DNA of 63,892 nt, the filler included, from Octopus bimaculoides (Eukaryota), in the NCBI RefSeq assembly GCF_001194135.2. It is 5 parts of 4 records of this genome, joined end to end, with 100 filler letters (N's around TTAATTAATTAA, not from the genome) between each part and the next. Parts side by side here need not be neighbours in the genome. Positions count along the whole stretch, not along the records: positions 13,384 to 42,301 come from NC_068985.1; 4 more parts are not named here. One strand, written 5' to 3'. Both the position numbers and the translations under genes were made by a program. Position 1 is the stretch's first letter. Every line of letters begins with the position of its first letter. A model generated the notes under the pieces. It was not told where the DNA came from, searched no databases, and saw nothing but the letters and a program-made list of their open reading frames with translations. Of the stretch, positions 24,905 to 35,950 are shown piece by piece.

Positions 24905-25670
24905 AACTTACAACAAAAGAGAAAGTGCACGTGTTTCCTGGCTGATAGAGACCATATCAGATACATCAGGTCCAGCAGTATTACTGTACAAAGTGTGGAA
25001 AAGAACCACCAACTTGTGTGAGCATCTGTGTCTGGAATAAATAGTTTATGTAAGCAGGAAACATCCAACAGAAAACAAAGGTTGGGTCACTGAGAAAATC
25101 TGTGGAAGATATTGAGAAAATTTGAGCAGTATTCCATTGTAGTCCTACTAAGTCCATTCTTACTTCAAGTAGACAGTTAAGTTTACCACGGTCAACAATT
25201 CACAAAGTTTTGCACAAGAATTTGAAGCTTTATGCTTATAAAGTGCAAATTTTGCAAGCACTTCAACCAAATAATAAACCTCAAAGGAAACAGTTTGTAG
25301 TAGATATGCTAGCTCGATTAGATGAAGAGGAAAGCTTCCTGTGAAAGAGTTGTTTCAATTACGAAGTAACACTTTATTGACCAGGTATGATAAATAAGCA
25401 CAACATCAGGATCCAGGGTTTGGAAAACCCACACAAAACAAGAAAAATGGAGAGAAACAGCTCAAAAGTCAACATATGGTGTAACATCATATTTGATCAA
25501 GTAATTGGTCCATTTTTCTTTGCAGAATAAACAATTACTTTCTACTTTTACTTTGATCTTTTACAAGAATTTGTTCCATACCTACTTTTCAATGCACATG
25601 GTCAGAAACTGAGCATTGTCAAGATGTATTGCATGCAATGAATGGAGACCATGTGGGAGTGTTCTGATGA
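24905..25670 (+). mobile_element. Tc1/mariner relic, rosa (DD41D)-like / DUF4817-HTH type, internally deleted
   Basis: SPTKSILTSSRQLSLPRSTIHKVLHKNLKLYAYKVQILQALQP...NKHNIRI..ENPH...KVNIWC...VIGPFFF, then jumps to the C-terminus TWSETEHCQDVLHAMNGDHVGVF*; subfamily by motif resemblance only. Confidence 0.85.
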
Positions 25671-25809
25671 TTCTAGTAAAACTTTATTTCTTTGCCTATA
25701 TTTGTTAATAAACTCTGCAGACTTATTCTTATTCTTCATTGTTTTTGAATTTTTCAAATTGTAAAAGTAATGTTGTATCTACACACCAGCTGTTGGAGAT
25801 TTCTTTTTT

Positions 25810-25960
25810 TTCTTTGAACTTTTCACCTTTTCCTTTCTCATGAAGAGCTATGCTTGAAACGTCAAAAACTCTTTCCTTTTACTGAGCGCCAAACTAATAC
25901 ATTCATTGTGCATGTCCTCTTGTTGTCTGTTATTGTTAACTTCATTATTCATTTATTTGA
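25810..25960 (+). mobile_element. PLE pseudo-LTR remnant with degenerate hammerhead
   Basis: ttt-CTCATGA-agagctatgctt-GAAAC-GTC-aaa (core G5 changed to C); flanks resemble 45168-45290 and 51553-51763. Confidence 0.55.
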
Positions 25961-25984
25961 ATTGATTGTTTATTTGAATTGCCT

Positions 25985-26019
<35 letters not shown>

Positions 26020-27034
26020 CACATAAAACTCAAGAGATGGTGAATGACAGACAAAGTGTCAGAAAGAAAAGACAAAAATTCAGTATAACATAATGGTGGT
26101 GGTGATGGTGGTGGTGGCAGTGAAAGTGAGAGGGAAATAAATAACTATTAGACAAACACAGTGCTGTAAAAGTCAACATTTGAGTTTTATAGATGTAGGG
26201 AAGTAGTGTCAGAGACATGTCTTATTTGTACCATTAAAACATTGCTAATATGTCATAATTGTAAAACATTAATATAGTAATAGTGAATATAACTATATTT
26301 GCTTTTTAATGACTGCAGTTGTTCTACCACAATGCAACTGTTATATATTTATATTTGTATGTAGATGAGTGTATGTGTGTGTGTGTATGTGTGGGTGTAC
26401 ACACACACACACACTCCACACGCATATATATTTGTATGTAAGTATATATATNNNNNNNNNNTAAAGGGTAGCAAATCTATATATAGCCTTAGCAAGACTG
26501 TTAAGAGAGAGAAGCACTTGTAACCAACGATGGCCAGAGCTGAATTATCCAAATGATGATGAACTATACACCCATCAGAATCTGTGATGCGTTTATTTGG
26601 TCCACTGTATAATTTAGCAGAGGAATAAAGTCTTGCTGTTATTTTGATGTTTGTTTCTTGTATTATTTCCATGAGTAAACATGCAACATATGTTATATGA
26701 TGGTACGGAAGATTCCATAGTAAACCAAGGGAGACTATATCCACAGCAGCTATATATGTAGACACCCAACACTTTATATCTGTTTTTGCATTGTCCCCGT
26801 CATCCTTCGCCCCTGGTGGCAAATAAAAGAAATAATAATGATAAGAATGATGATTTCTTTTATTGGCTTCAAGGACCCAAGACATGAAGGACAATATCAA
26901 AGGACGAGTTATGACACACAAAAGCAAAAACAAAAACAAAGACAGGTGGGATTTACATCGATCAAAGGGAGACACTACCAAATTAAAAGATATAACGATA
27001 GATATATAATAGAAATTAGAGAAATGAATAATAA

Positions 27035-27410
27035 ACAAGAGCACACTGAGCGGAAACCCCCACCAAGGCAACACCAACGTCCTCTCATCAATTAGACAGA
27101 GATGATTTTTGAAATGAGAATAACTGAATTAAACTCAACTGCTCTCACAAATGAGAATACTAAAAATGAACCCAACTGCTCTCAAAAATTAAGTAAAAAA
27201 AACAGGAAAAATAATCCAGAATCCTTGTCCGGTACTGGCTCTATCCCAAAATTTAATCAGTTCATGCCAGTCATGAGGCCAAACATCCCTGAAAGCTTCA
27301 TCCGAATCCATCCAGCAGTTCTTGAGATATCTTGTCCATGGACAAACAAACATGACTGAAAACAATACCTCTACCTTCACTAAGGCAGAAGTAATAAATA
27401 AATGAATTAA
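27035..27410. mobile_element. Non-coding interspersed repeat, unclassified
   Basis: Non-coding block with atcccaaaatttaatcagttc...gaaagcttcatccgaatccatcc...gagatatcttg phrasing typical of invertebrate non-autonomous DNA elements; family not determined. Confidence 0.35.
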
Positions 27411-28189
27411 TAGAATCTCCAATAGTGGAGCTGTCTACTTAGGGTAATTTGGGTAAAATCCCTAGTAAAAATTTTGGATTACTCTGCCATCCCCAAAGCG
27501 TGGGAAAGGGCCCTCTTCCAGTTTTTTTCCTCCTACTTTGAAAAGCAGACTCAGAGTCAGTCCATTCAGTCTCACCAGTCTTTCCGCTCTCGTCCACCTT
27601 TACCACAAAGGTTTTACATCAAGAAAACGTTATGGACAGTACATGACAAAATATTGAATGTGTGTGTGTGTGTGCATGTGTGGGTTTTGCATGTTAATAG
27701 ATTTGAAATGAAAAAAAAAAACACTCAATGTATAATAAAATTGCAATAAAGATAATGGAAAATAAAGAAAAAAATTAAAAGGACATACTAATAATGTGAC
27801 ATAGGTGGTCAGTGATCTGCATCACAGGGAGAAGAAAGGAAAGAAAGAAAGACAGAGAGGAAAGAAACAAAACAAAGGAATAAAAGGAAGGAAAAAGAAA
27901 AGAAGAAAGTAACTGAAGAACCATGACGAAAGAATGTATTGCATTCCAACAAAGAAGGAAATGATTTGACAGATACCAGGTCATATGGTTGAGAAGTTCT
28001 AAAGCAGGCTATCATAAAAATACGGTTTGGTGTTCAGAGTCTCCTATGTACACACACCCATAAATGCATACATGTATGAACACACAGAATGAGACCTAAA
28101 CAAACTTACATGCATGACAGCCTCCTGACGCCATGAACACAAATGTATGAGCCCTGGTATACACAAAATTATGAGAATAGCAGTAATAA

Positions 28190-28770
28190 CCTTTCTACTA
28201 AAGGCACAAGGCCTGAAATTTTGGGGGAGGGGACTAGTCGATTACATTGACCCCAGTATTTCACTGGTACTTAATTTATTGACCTCTGAAAGAATGAAAG
28301 GCAAAGTCGACCTCAGCAGTGGTAAGAAGTTTGCTTCCCAACCATGTTTTCAGGTTCAGTCCCACTGCATGGCACCTTGGGCAAGTGTCTTCTACTATAG
28401 CCTCGGGATGACCAAAGCCTAGTGAGTGGATTTGGTAGATGGAAACTGAAAGAAGCCCATCGTGCATATACATGTGTATGTATATATATGTATGTATTTG
28501 TGTGTCTGTGTTTGTACCCCAAACATCGCTTGACAACTGATGTTGGTGTGTTTATGTCCCCATAACTTAGCAGTTTGGCACAAGAGACTAGTAGAATAAG
28601 TACTAGGCTCCTGGGGTTGATTTGTTTGACTAAAAGCAGTGCTCCAGCATGGCTGCAGTCAAATGTCTGGAACAAGTAAAAAAATAAAAGAATAAAGGAA
28701 TAGTAAAACTGGATGAAATGCTGCAAAGCATTTTGCACAGCATGCTACTGATTCTGCCAGCATGCCACCT
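28190..28770 (-). mobile_element. SINE family A split by a SINE B insertion
   Basis: 3' part 28190-28317 ends caaagtcgacctcagc; 5' head resumes ~28705-28770 (gaaatgctgcaaagcattttgc...gccagcatgccacc). Confidence 0.75.
28318..28700 (+). mobile_element. SINE family B, near full length, nested
   Basis: Head gtggtaagaagtttgcttcccaacc to tail gaacaagtaaaaaaataaaagaataaa. Confidence 0.85.
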
Positions 28771-28919
28771 TTAGAATAGCAGTAATAACAATAACAATTA
28801 TAATACAGTAATCCCTTGACTATCATGGATGTTATGTTCCAAAACAACATGTGATAGGTGAAAATCCATGAAGTAGAAACAGTACTGTACTGTATATATT
28901 TTTTAATTATTTTTATAAT

Positions 28920-29140
28920 CATCATCATCATCATCATCGTTTAACGTCCGCTTTCCATGCTAGCATGTGTTGGACAATTTGACTGTGGACTGGTGAACCA
29001 GATGGCTACACCAGGCTCCAATCTGATTTGGCAGAGTTTCTACAGCTGGATGCCCTTCCTAACGCCAACCACTCTGAGAGTGTAAGTGGGTGCTTTTACA
29101 TGCCACTGGCACGAAGGCCAGTCAGGCGGTACTGACATTA
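28920..29140 (-). mobile_element. RTE 3'-tail-derived short element
   Basis: (CAT)n-cgtttaacgtccgctttccatgc...ctacagctggatgcccttcctaacgccaacc. Confidence 0.8.
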
Positions 29141-29889
29141 TTATTTTTATAATTTTTATATTTTATTATTTCTATAATTTGTAGATATTTACTGTATTAT
29201 AAATGCAAAACAACACCATACACTCACCTCCCAAGTTTCATTTTCCATACAGCATGTGTGATTCTTTGTTTACTCATCTACAGTACACTACGTATTTTCT
29301 TTTAATATATTTTAATTAATGTGTTATACAGTGCAGTATTGGTATATATATAATATTTTTATTTATTAATTTTTAGGCATGAAGATGCTTATTTTACTAC
29401 AGAAATAATTAAAATCTAAAAAAATATAAATACGTATTGGCTGTAGAAACCTGTGATATACTGAGGGGTCCATGATATAAATTTACATCTATTAGCCAGA
29501 AAAATCCATGATGTACTGATGGTACAATAGGTAAACTGCGATATGGTGAGTGATTACTGTAGTAGTTAAAATCAGATTCATAAAAATGATTACAAACTAT
29601 GGCAGGAGGCCAGTAAATATTTGATGGTTGGAAGAAAGTCAATTTCTTCAGCTTTCATGCACTTCATTCACCGACCTTGAAAGGAGGAAGGCATTGTTGA
29701 CATTGGTAACAGTGGAATTCCAAATGTAAAATAACAGAAAATACTCCAACATGCACGCATACATACAAACATACATACATACAAACATACATACATACAT
29801 ACAAACATACATACATACATACATACATACAAACATACATACATACATTATTTAAAATGTACTGCTATCTCTGGCTTTTAGATTAATGG

Positions 29890-30330
29890 ACTTATGAACC
29901 TCATTTCTAGATTTCAAATAAATATTTTTATATTTGATAGAAGACTATTATATGTGCTAACCTCTAAGCCATACATATTCCTTGTTTTGTCAGAAGAATC
30001 ATGGAACTTATGTGATTTGTGTTGATATATTAAATGTTCCTTCAACTTACTTTGGAAGCTGTTTTGCACCTCATGAAACTTGATTTTTTTAAGATGTCTA
30101 AAAGATTCTCTTCAAATTTTCAATGTTTTTGTTATGTGGTGAATTCTTGCTTGTTCTGAAGCCAAGGGTTTCATCTTTATAGTGCTCAGACGCTCTGTTA
30201 TAAAAAAAAAACGTACATGCCACCTCAGTCTTCTTATAAAGTCTTTTGTTTCCTCCTGCATACATCTGATATAGTTCTTCCTTGATGAAACTGGAATGTT
30301 TTTAGACAAGAAGTCAAATTAGAGTTTGTT
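29890..30330 (-). mobile_element. PLE (AT-rich family) N-terminal ORF fragment
   Basis: SKNIPVSSRKNY...FIRRLRWHVRFF...IKFHEVQNSFQSKLKE...SDKTRNMY, the region preceding the PLE RT core. Confidence 0.8.
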
Positions 30331-30529
30331 CATGATCAGGAATATATGTACATATATATTATACACATACATACATGGCCGCCGACTATCCCAGTGGATG
30401 CCTGCTCCTGGCCAGTTCCAAGCAGTTGATCTTTTTCTGGGCGCCTGACAGCGCGCTGTGGACTGGTTTAACTTTTCCAGGCGTCCCTGTCGTCACAACA
30501 TCTCCCCAGCCGAACTCTCAGCTCTTTGA

Positions 30530-30945
30530 TCTCTCCGACGCCACACTGACATCATTATAAAACCGGCCGACAAGGATGGAGTTGTGGTACTATGGCATGT
30601 GGACCTCTACAAGGCCGAAGCTCTCCGCCAACATCAAGACACCTCCTTCTACTGCCCTCTGCCCTCAGCCCTCTGACCCCACACCCAGTTACCAACAGAC
30701 TGTGTCCTCCACTATCCATAACCTCATCTCCTCTTCCCGTCTCCCGGCCACCGCCTCCAACCTCATTGTCCCCCCCACACCCCCACCATTTACTTTGTCC
30801 CCAAAATCCCCAAACCCAACAACCCTGGCCGCCCCATCATCTCTGCCTGTAACTACCCCACCGAGCTTATTTCCAAATATCTTGACCATGTCCTTGCCCC
30901 CCTAGTGGCTTCTCTCCCTTCTCACATTCACGACACCAACCACGC
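30530..30945 (+). mobile_element. PLE (C-rich family) RT N-terminal fragment
   Basis: DIIIKPADKDGVVVLW..DLYKAEALRQ..DTSFY; IYFVPKIPKPNNPGRPIISACNYPTELISKYLDHVLAPLVASLPSHIHDTNHA; ends at gap. Confidence 0.88.
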
Positions 30946-31934
30946 NNNNNNNNNNNNNNNNNNNNNNNNNNNNNNNNNNNNNNNNNNNNNNNNNNNNNNN
31001 NNNNNNNNNNNNNNNNNNNNNNNNNNNNNNNNNNNNNNNNNNNNNNNNNNNNNNNNNNNNNNNNNNNNNNNNNNNNNNNNNNNNNNNNNNNNNNNNNNNN
31101 NNNNNNNNNNNNNNNNNNNNNNNNNNNNNNNNNNNNNNNNNNNNNNNNNNNNNNNNNNNNNNNNNNNNNNNNNNNNNNNNNNNNNNNNNNNNNNNNNNNN
31201 NNNNNNNNNNNNNNNNNNNNNNNNNNNNNNNNNNNNNNNNNNNNNNNNNNNNNNNNNNNNNNNNNNNNNNNNNNNNNNNNNNNNNNNNNNNNNNNNNNNN
31301 NNNNNNNNNNNNNNNNNNNNNNNNNNNNNNNNNNNNNNNNNNNNNNNNNNNNNNNNNNNNNNNNNNNNNNNNNNNNNNNNNNNNNNNNNNNNNNNNNNNN
31401 NNNNNNNNNNNNNNNNNNNNNNNNNNNNNNNNNNNNNNNNNNNNNNNNNNNNNNNNNNNNNNNNNNNNNNNNNNNNNNNNNNNNNNNNNNNNNNNNNNNN
31501 NNNNNNNNNNNNNNNNNNNNNNNNNNNNNNNNNNNNNNNNNNNNNNNNNNNNNNNNNNNNNNNNNNNNNNNNNNNNNNNNNNNNNNNNNNNNNNNNNNNN
31601 NNNNNNNNNNNNNNNNNNNNNNNNNNNNNNNNNNNNNNNNNNNNNNNNNNNNNNNNNNNNNNNNNNNNNNNNNNNNNNNNNNNNNNNNNNNNNNNNNNNN
31701 NNNNNNNNNNNNNNNNNNNNNNNNNNNNNNNNNNNNNNNNNNNNNNNNNNNNNNNNNNNNNNNNNNNNNNNNNNNNNNCACCATCACACCACACCACACT
31801 ACACCATACCACATAACACATCACATCACAACACACCACCATGCACACACCAGCACTGACCAATTCCCATCCCCACATTTTCACACCTACACATACACAC
31901 ACGCACAGTCAAGATCACCCCATAATTGCCCACA

Positions 31935-32006
31935 GCCATATGGCGTAGTGGTTAAGAGCGCGGGCTACTAACCCCAAGGTTCCAAGTTCGATTCACGACA
32001 GCGACC
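31935..32006 (+). pseudogene. tRNA-like Pol III cassette, copy 1
   Basis: A box TGGCGTAGTGG, anticodon arm GGG-CTACTAA-CCC, B box GTTCGATTC; no complete acceptor stem. Confidence 0.75.
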
Positions 32007-32329
32007 TGATTAATAATAATAGTAATAATAATAATATAATAATAGTAACATCGTGATAGGTGACACGAGGAGATATTGATAAATCGGGTATAGCTGATCA
32101 TGTATGGAAAAATGGAAACCACCTCCCCCTGTGGGATGAAGTTAAAATAATAGACAGGGAACAACACTGGAAAATACGAAAACTAAAAGAAGCAGCACAT
32201 ATGCTAGGACACAACAACCTCCTAAGCAGACCGAGTGCAGATATGAATAGCATATGGGAACCGGTATTGAGGAAGGATAGAAAAATAATAGATTTATAAG
32301 CCTTAAAATTCACCCCATAATTGCCCACA

Positions 32330-32401
32330 GCCATATGGCGTAGTGGTTAAGAGCGCGGGCTACTAACCCCAAGGTTCCAAGTTCGATTCACAACAGCGAC
32401 C
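32330..32401 (+). pseudogene. tRNA-like Pol III cassette, copy 2
   Basis: Near-identical to copy 1, directly after the GIY-YIG stop codon. Confidence 0.75.
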
Positions 32402-32484
32402 TGATTAATAATAATAGTAATAATAATAATATAATAATAGTAACATCGTTAGGAATGAGAACCCAGGTTCGAAATTTCCCCAAG

Positions 32485-32528
32485 ACACCTGACGAAGGCT
32501 GGAGGGTATATCAGCCGAAACGTTGTGT
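32485..32528 (+). ncRNA. Minimal type I hammerhead ribozyme
   Basis: ACAC-CTGACGA-A-GGCTG(gagggtatat)CAGCC-GAAAC-GTT/GTGT; palindromic AACGTT stem III. Confidence 0.8.
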
Positions 32529-33020
32529 TAACAACAAAAAAGATGAGGACAAATATCCGTCAAATGTAAATAATGTAAATAATGTAAATAATTCCTCATC
32601 TCTTAAATATAGAACTGTATTAAATGATTTTCTTAGACTTATTCATTGGTTCACTTTTGGCTGTAGTACCAGTAACAATTGCACTATCTTATTGTTATTG
32701 TACTGTTTATCAGCTTTGTTCATTTTATCTCTATTGTTTTAAAAACATGTTACAATATAGATTACATCATTTATAAGGTAAAATGTTGAACTTGTTCTTG
32801 AGATTAATATATTTACAACTAACTTAAAAAGCCATGCTCCATGTGGACTTTTAAACTGGCTCCTGTGGAGGGTCAATTTGGCCTGTAGCCCAAAACTAAA
32901 GAGATCAATAATAATAAAACATTTATTGGTACCCTACCAATACGGTATTACTTTAAATTCAGTTTAAATGAAAAATTTGTAAGTTCACAAATTTTTAGAG
33001 TTCTTTTAAAATTTGAATTT

Positions 33021-33140
33021 TCAAGTATTAGCATATAACGAATCTTCATCCAGACCTGATTCCAATGTTGGATGTTCAAGAACCAAATGCAGGGCATTTT
33101 CAATCCTGGGATCATTCTGATACCAAAAAGCATAATATGT
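33021..33140 (-). CDS. Candidate terminal exon of an unidentified gene
   Basis: Acceptor catttgctctacgtag then TYYAFWYQNDPRIENALHLVLEHPTLESGLDEDSLYANT*; protein-like composition only. Confidence 0.2.
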   Translation of the reverse strand, partial: TYYAFWYQNDPRIENALHLVLEHPTLESGLDEDSLYANT

Positions 33141-33529
33141 CTACGTAGAGCAAATGTAGACTGAGATACAGGAATCCCAGACTGACAGAATTTCACATTA
33201 TTATTGTAGAAATCAGCTATTAGGATTTTCAGTTTGACACTTTCCAACATTGAAATTTTTTTTTTTTTAATTATCACTAATGGATTCGACATGGGTTTCC
33301 TCTGATATAAGTGAAGTATTCACAGTTTTGGTGTTCCGATTCATAGCTTTGTTTTCTTTTTGTAATTCTGTGTCCAGGACAGGTAATTTTTTATTGTAGT
33401 GTCAAGAGGGGTCATTGAAAATTACTTTAATCCTATTATAGATAGAATGTGCTGTCTTGTATAATACACAACATAGTACATCGTCTTGTATAGTACACAA
33501 CATACAATTCACCTGGCAATTCATCCTCC

Positions 33530-33730
33530 TCCTCATCATCATCATTTAGCATCCTTTTTCCATGCTGGCATGAGTTAGACAGTTTGATTGGAACTTGTAA
33601 GCTGGAGAGCTGTACCAGGCCCTAGTCTGGCTTAGCTTGGCTTGGCTTGGTTTCTACAGCTGGATGCTCTTCCTAATGCCAACTACTCCAAGAGTGTAGT
33701 GGATGTCTTTTACATGTCAGTGGCACAGGT
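33530..33730 (-). mobile_element. RTE 3'-tail-derived short element
   Basis: (CAT)n head and gtttctacagctggatgctcttcctaatgccaac core. Confidence 0.7.
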
Positions 33731-34656
33731 GACTTTTACATGTAATGTGAAGAATTATTTTAATGACAAGGTTATCAACATACCAAGAGTACAGTACCAC
33801 CTTAATAAAAATTGCTTCTTCTAATATTGGTTGCTTCTATAGATTTTGTAAAACTATCAAATATATGATAGGATTCAGTAAGCATATAGGTGTCTCTTGT
33901 TGGTATACTGCCTCCTAGCCTTTCTACCCTTTATGACAACTTCCACCTGAGGAAGCCTCTATGTAGTTACTTAATCTGCCACAAATAGTAGCCAAATATA
34001 CCTCAAATCATAGCTTAATGTCTTTTAAAACATGCAATCTAGAGTGCTTCGTTTAGTTGATGATAAAATCTTCACATGTGCTCCAACTCTCATGACAAGC
34101 TCCACCATCCCCTCTCTTGATAACTTTAAGATAATCAGCCTTAGGATAGAGGAGGCACTTTAGTCATGGAAAAAACAACCTGTCTAGTGTTAAAAGGGCA
34201 TTCAGTTCATAGTGCAATGTGGATGGTGATAGGATGGACATTTGTAAAAGCCATTCCAATATATCAAGTAGAGATGAGGACAATATAAACTACAGTACAT
34301 ACAACCCGTCTAGAAGAACAGTCATTCTGAATAATAGGTTAAGAAAGTACAGGAAATTTTTTAGTTCGACTGCAAACAACTGGCTTTTGTGTCAGTGGTG
34401 TGATAAAATGTATTCAGTCCATGTTGTAAATTAGTGTGATAGGAAGAGCATTCAACCATAAAAACCATGTCTAAAAATATGCAAGCACAGTAGCAAAGGT
34501 TGGTGGTTTTCTCTGTTGCCATGTGTATAGCAGATGAAGAAAAATTGTGACAAGTGCTGACATGTTGTGATACATTCCAACCCATTCCAGCATGGAGAAG
34601 TGGCCATCAAATGATGATGACAATGGTGATAGTGGCAACATATATTAATATTTGTA

Positions 34657-34700
<44 letters not shown>

Positions 34701-34710
34701 TATATACATC

Positions 34711-34781
34711 TATATATATAGGGAGAATTCACAAAAAACGACAGACAACGACAGGTGATGTAGAAAACAAACAGATGTATA
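34711..34781. mobile_element. Fragment of a second pseudo-LTR family, interrupted
   Basis: gggagaattcacaaaaaacgacagacaacgacaggtgatgtagaaaacaaacagatgtat matches 45168-45230. Confidence 0.65.
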
Positions 34782-34971
34782 AGTTAAAATAATAGACAGG
34801 GAACAACACTGGAACATACAAAAACTAAAAGAAGCAGCACATATGCTAGGACACAACAACCTCCTAAGCAGACCGAGTGCAGATATGAATAGCATATGGG
34901 AACCGGTATTGAGGAAGGATAGAAAAATAATAGATTTATAAGCCTTAAAATTCACCCCATAATTGCCCACG

Positions 34972-35043
34972 GCCATATGGCGTAGTGGTTAAGAGCGCGG
35001 GCTACTAACCCCAAGGTTCCAAGTTCGATTCACGGCAGCGACC
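34972..35043 (+). pseudogene. tRNA-like Pol III cassette, copy 3
   Basis: Same A/B boxes and ACT anticodon loop. Confidence 0.75.
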
Positions 35044-35126
35044 TGATTAATAATAGTAATAATAATAATAATATAATAATAGTAACATCGTTAGGAATGA
35101 GAATCCAGGTTCGAAATTTCCCCAAG

Positions 35127-35170
35127 ACACCTGACGAAGGCTGGAGGGTATATCAGCCGAAACGTTGTGT
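35127..35170 (+). ncRNA. Minimal type I hammerhead ribozyme
   Basis: Same sequence as 32485-32528. Confidence 0.8.
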
Positions 35171-35579
35171 TAACAACAAAAAAGATGAGGACAAATATCC
35201 GTCAAATGTAAATAATGTAAATAATGTAAAATCATTTAATAAATGAACCTAAAAATCAAATGCAAAGGAAAAAAATCCAAGTAGATCTATTAAATCGATC
35301 ATCTGTCTGACTCTTTTGATAAGAAAATCTATAGAAGAGATCGCGACATATGGCACACAAAGCCATGTATCAACTATTGGGTAAGAAATATAATATATTG
35401 TGAAAGGGTCACAAAAGATCATGTTCAAATCTCTGTAATTTACATGGAAGAGAACAGCTTAAAAAAGACAATATTTTACCAAATACTAGATCAACATGAG
35501 TGTTCAACAAATAGCATCAGTGTAGATATCATATCAATACATTTGCATGATATATTGTCAAAACAAGTGACTGAATCAG

Positions 35580-35950
35580 TTTTCATATGGATACATTTAC
35601 CCAGTGTAAGCTATGGACACATAAGAAGTGCAGCAACATCAAAGGAAGATTAACTGAGAAGATAGCTTTCATGTGTGGCAGATGCACAAGGGCAATAAAC
35701 ATCACAGATGCTCAGAAAACAGATTCTATCACATGCCAGGGGGAGAAACTAGAAGTAGTTGATAGCTTCTGCTACCTAGGTGACCAAGTCTGTAGTGGGG
35801 GTGGATGCTCAGAGAGTGATACTACTAGAATAAGAATAGCCTGGGCAGAGTTGAGAAAGCTTCTACCTCCACTGGTGACAAAGGGCCTCTCACTCAGAGT
35901 GAAAGGTAGATTGTATGATGCATGTGTGAAAGGTAGATTATATGATGCAA
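35580..35950 (+). mobile_element. RTE LINE fragment (PHD-like finger half and thumb region)
   Basis: TQCKLWTHKKCSNIKGRLTEKIAFMCGRC...LEVVDSFCYLGD...RIRIAW; ends in a ~27-bp tandem duplication of gtgaaaggtagatt.tatgatgca. Confidence 0.88.

Larger units (their letters stand above)
31915..32617 (+). mobile_element. PLE 3' module with partial-tandem structure: tRNA-like cassette / GIY-YIG C-terminus / tRNA-like cassette / hammerhead / tail
   Basis: TRGDIDKSGIADHVWKNGNHLPLWDEVKIIDREQHWKIRKLKEAAHM...EPVLRKDRKIIDL* resembles the PLE GIY-YIG end; cassette repeated with 395 bp period. Confidence 0.85.
34782..35230 (+). mobile_element. Second copy of the PLE GIY-YIG / tRNA-like / hammerhead module
   Basis: Nearly identical by eye to ~32139-32590; 5'-truncated. 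Confidence 0.85.

Noticed and set aside
21491-28153. Apparent phase-compatible minus-strand gene model (exons 28153-28110, 26812-26572, 25672-25586, 21542-21491)
   Set aside because: The 25586-25672 exon is the antisense of the mariner transposase C-terminus, the 26572 donor is weak, and the joined peptide is unrecognisable; individual pieces remain unproven
31935-32006. Functional tRNA-Ser(ACT) gene
   Set aside because: Acceptor and T stems do not pair fully, ACT is not a normal eukaryotic Ser anticodon, and it is embedded in a repeat
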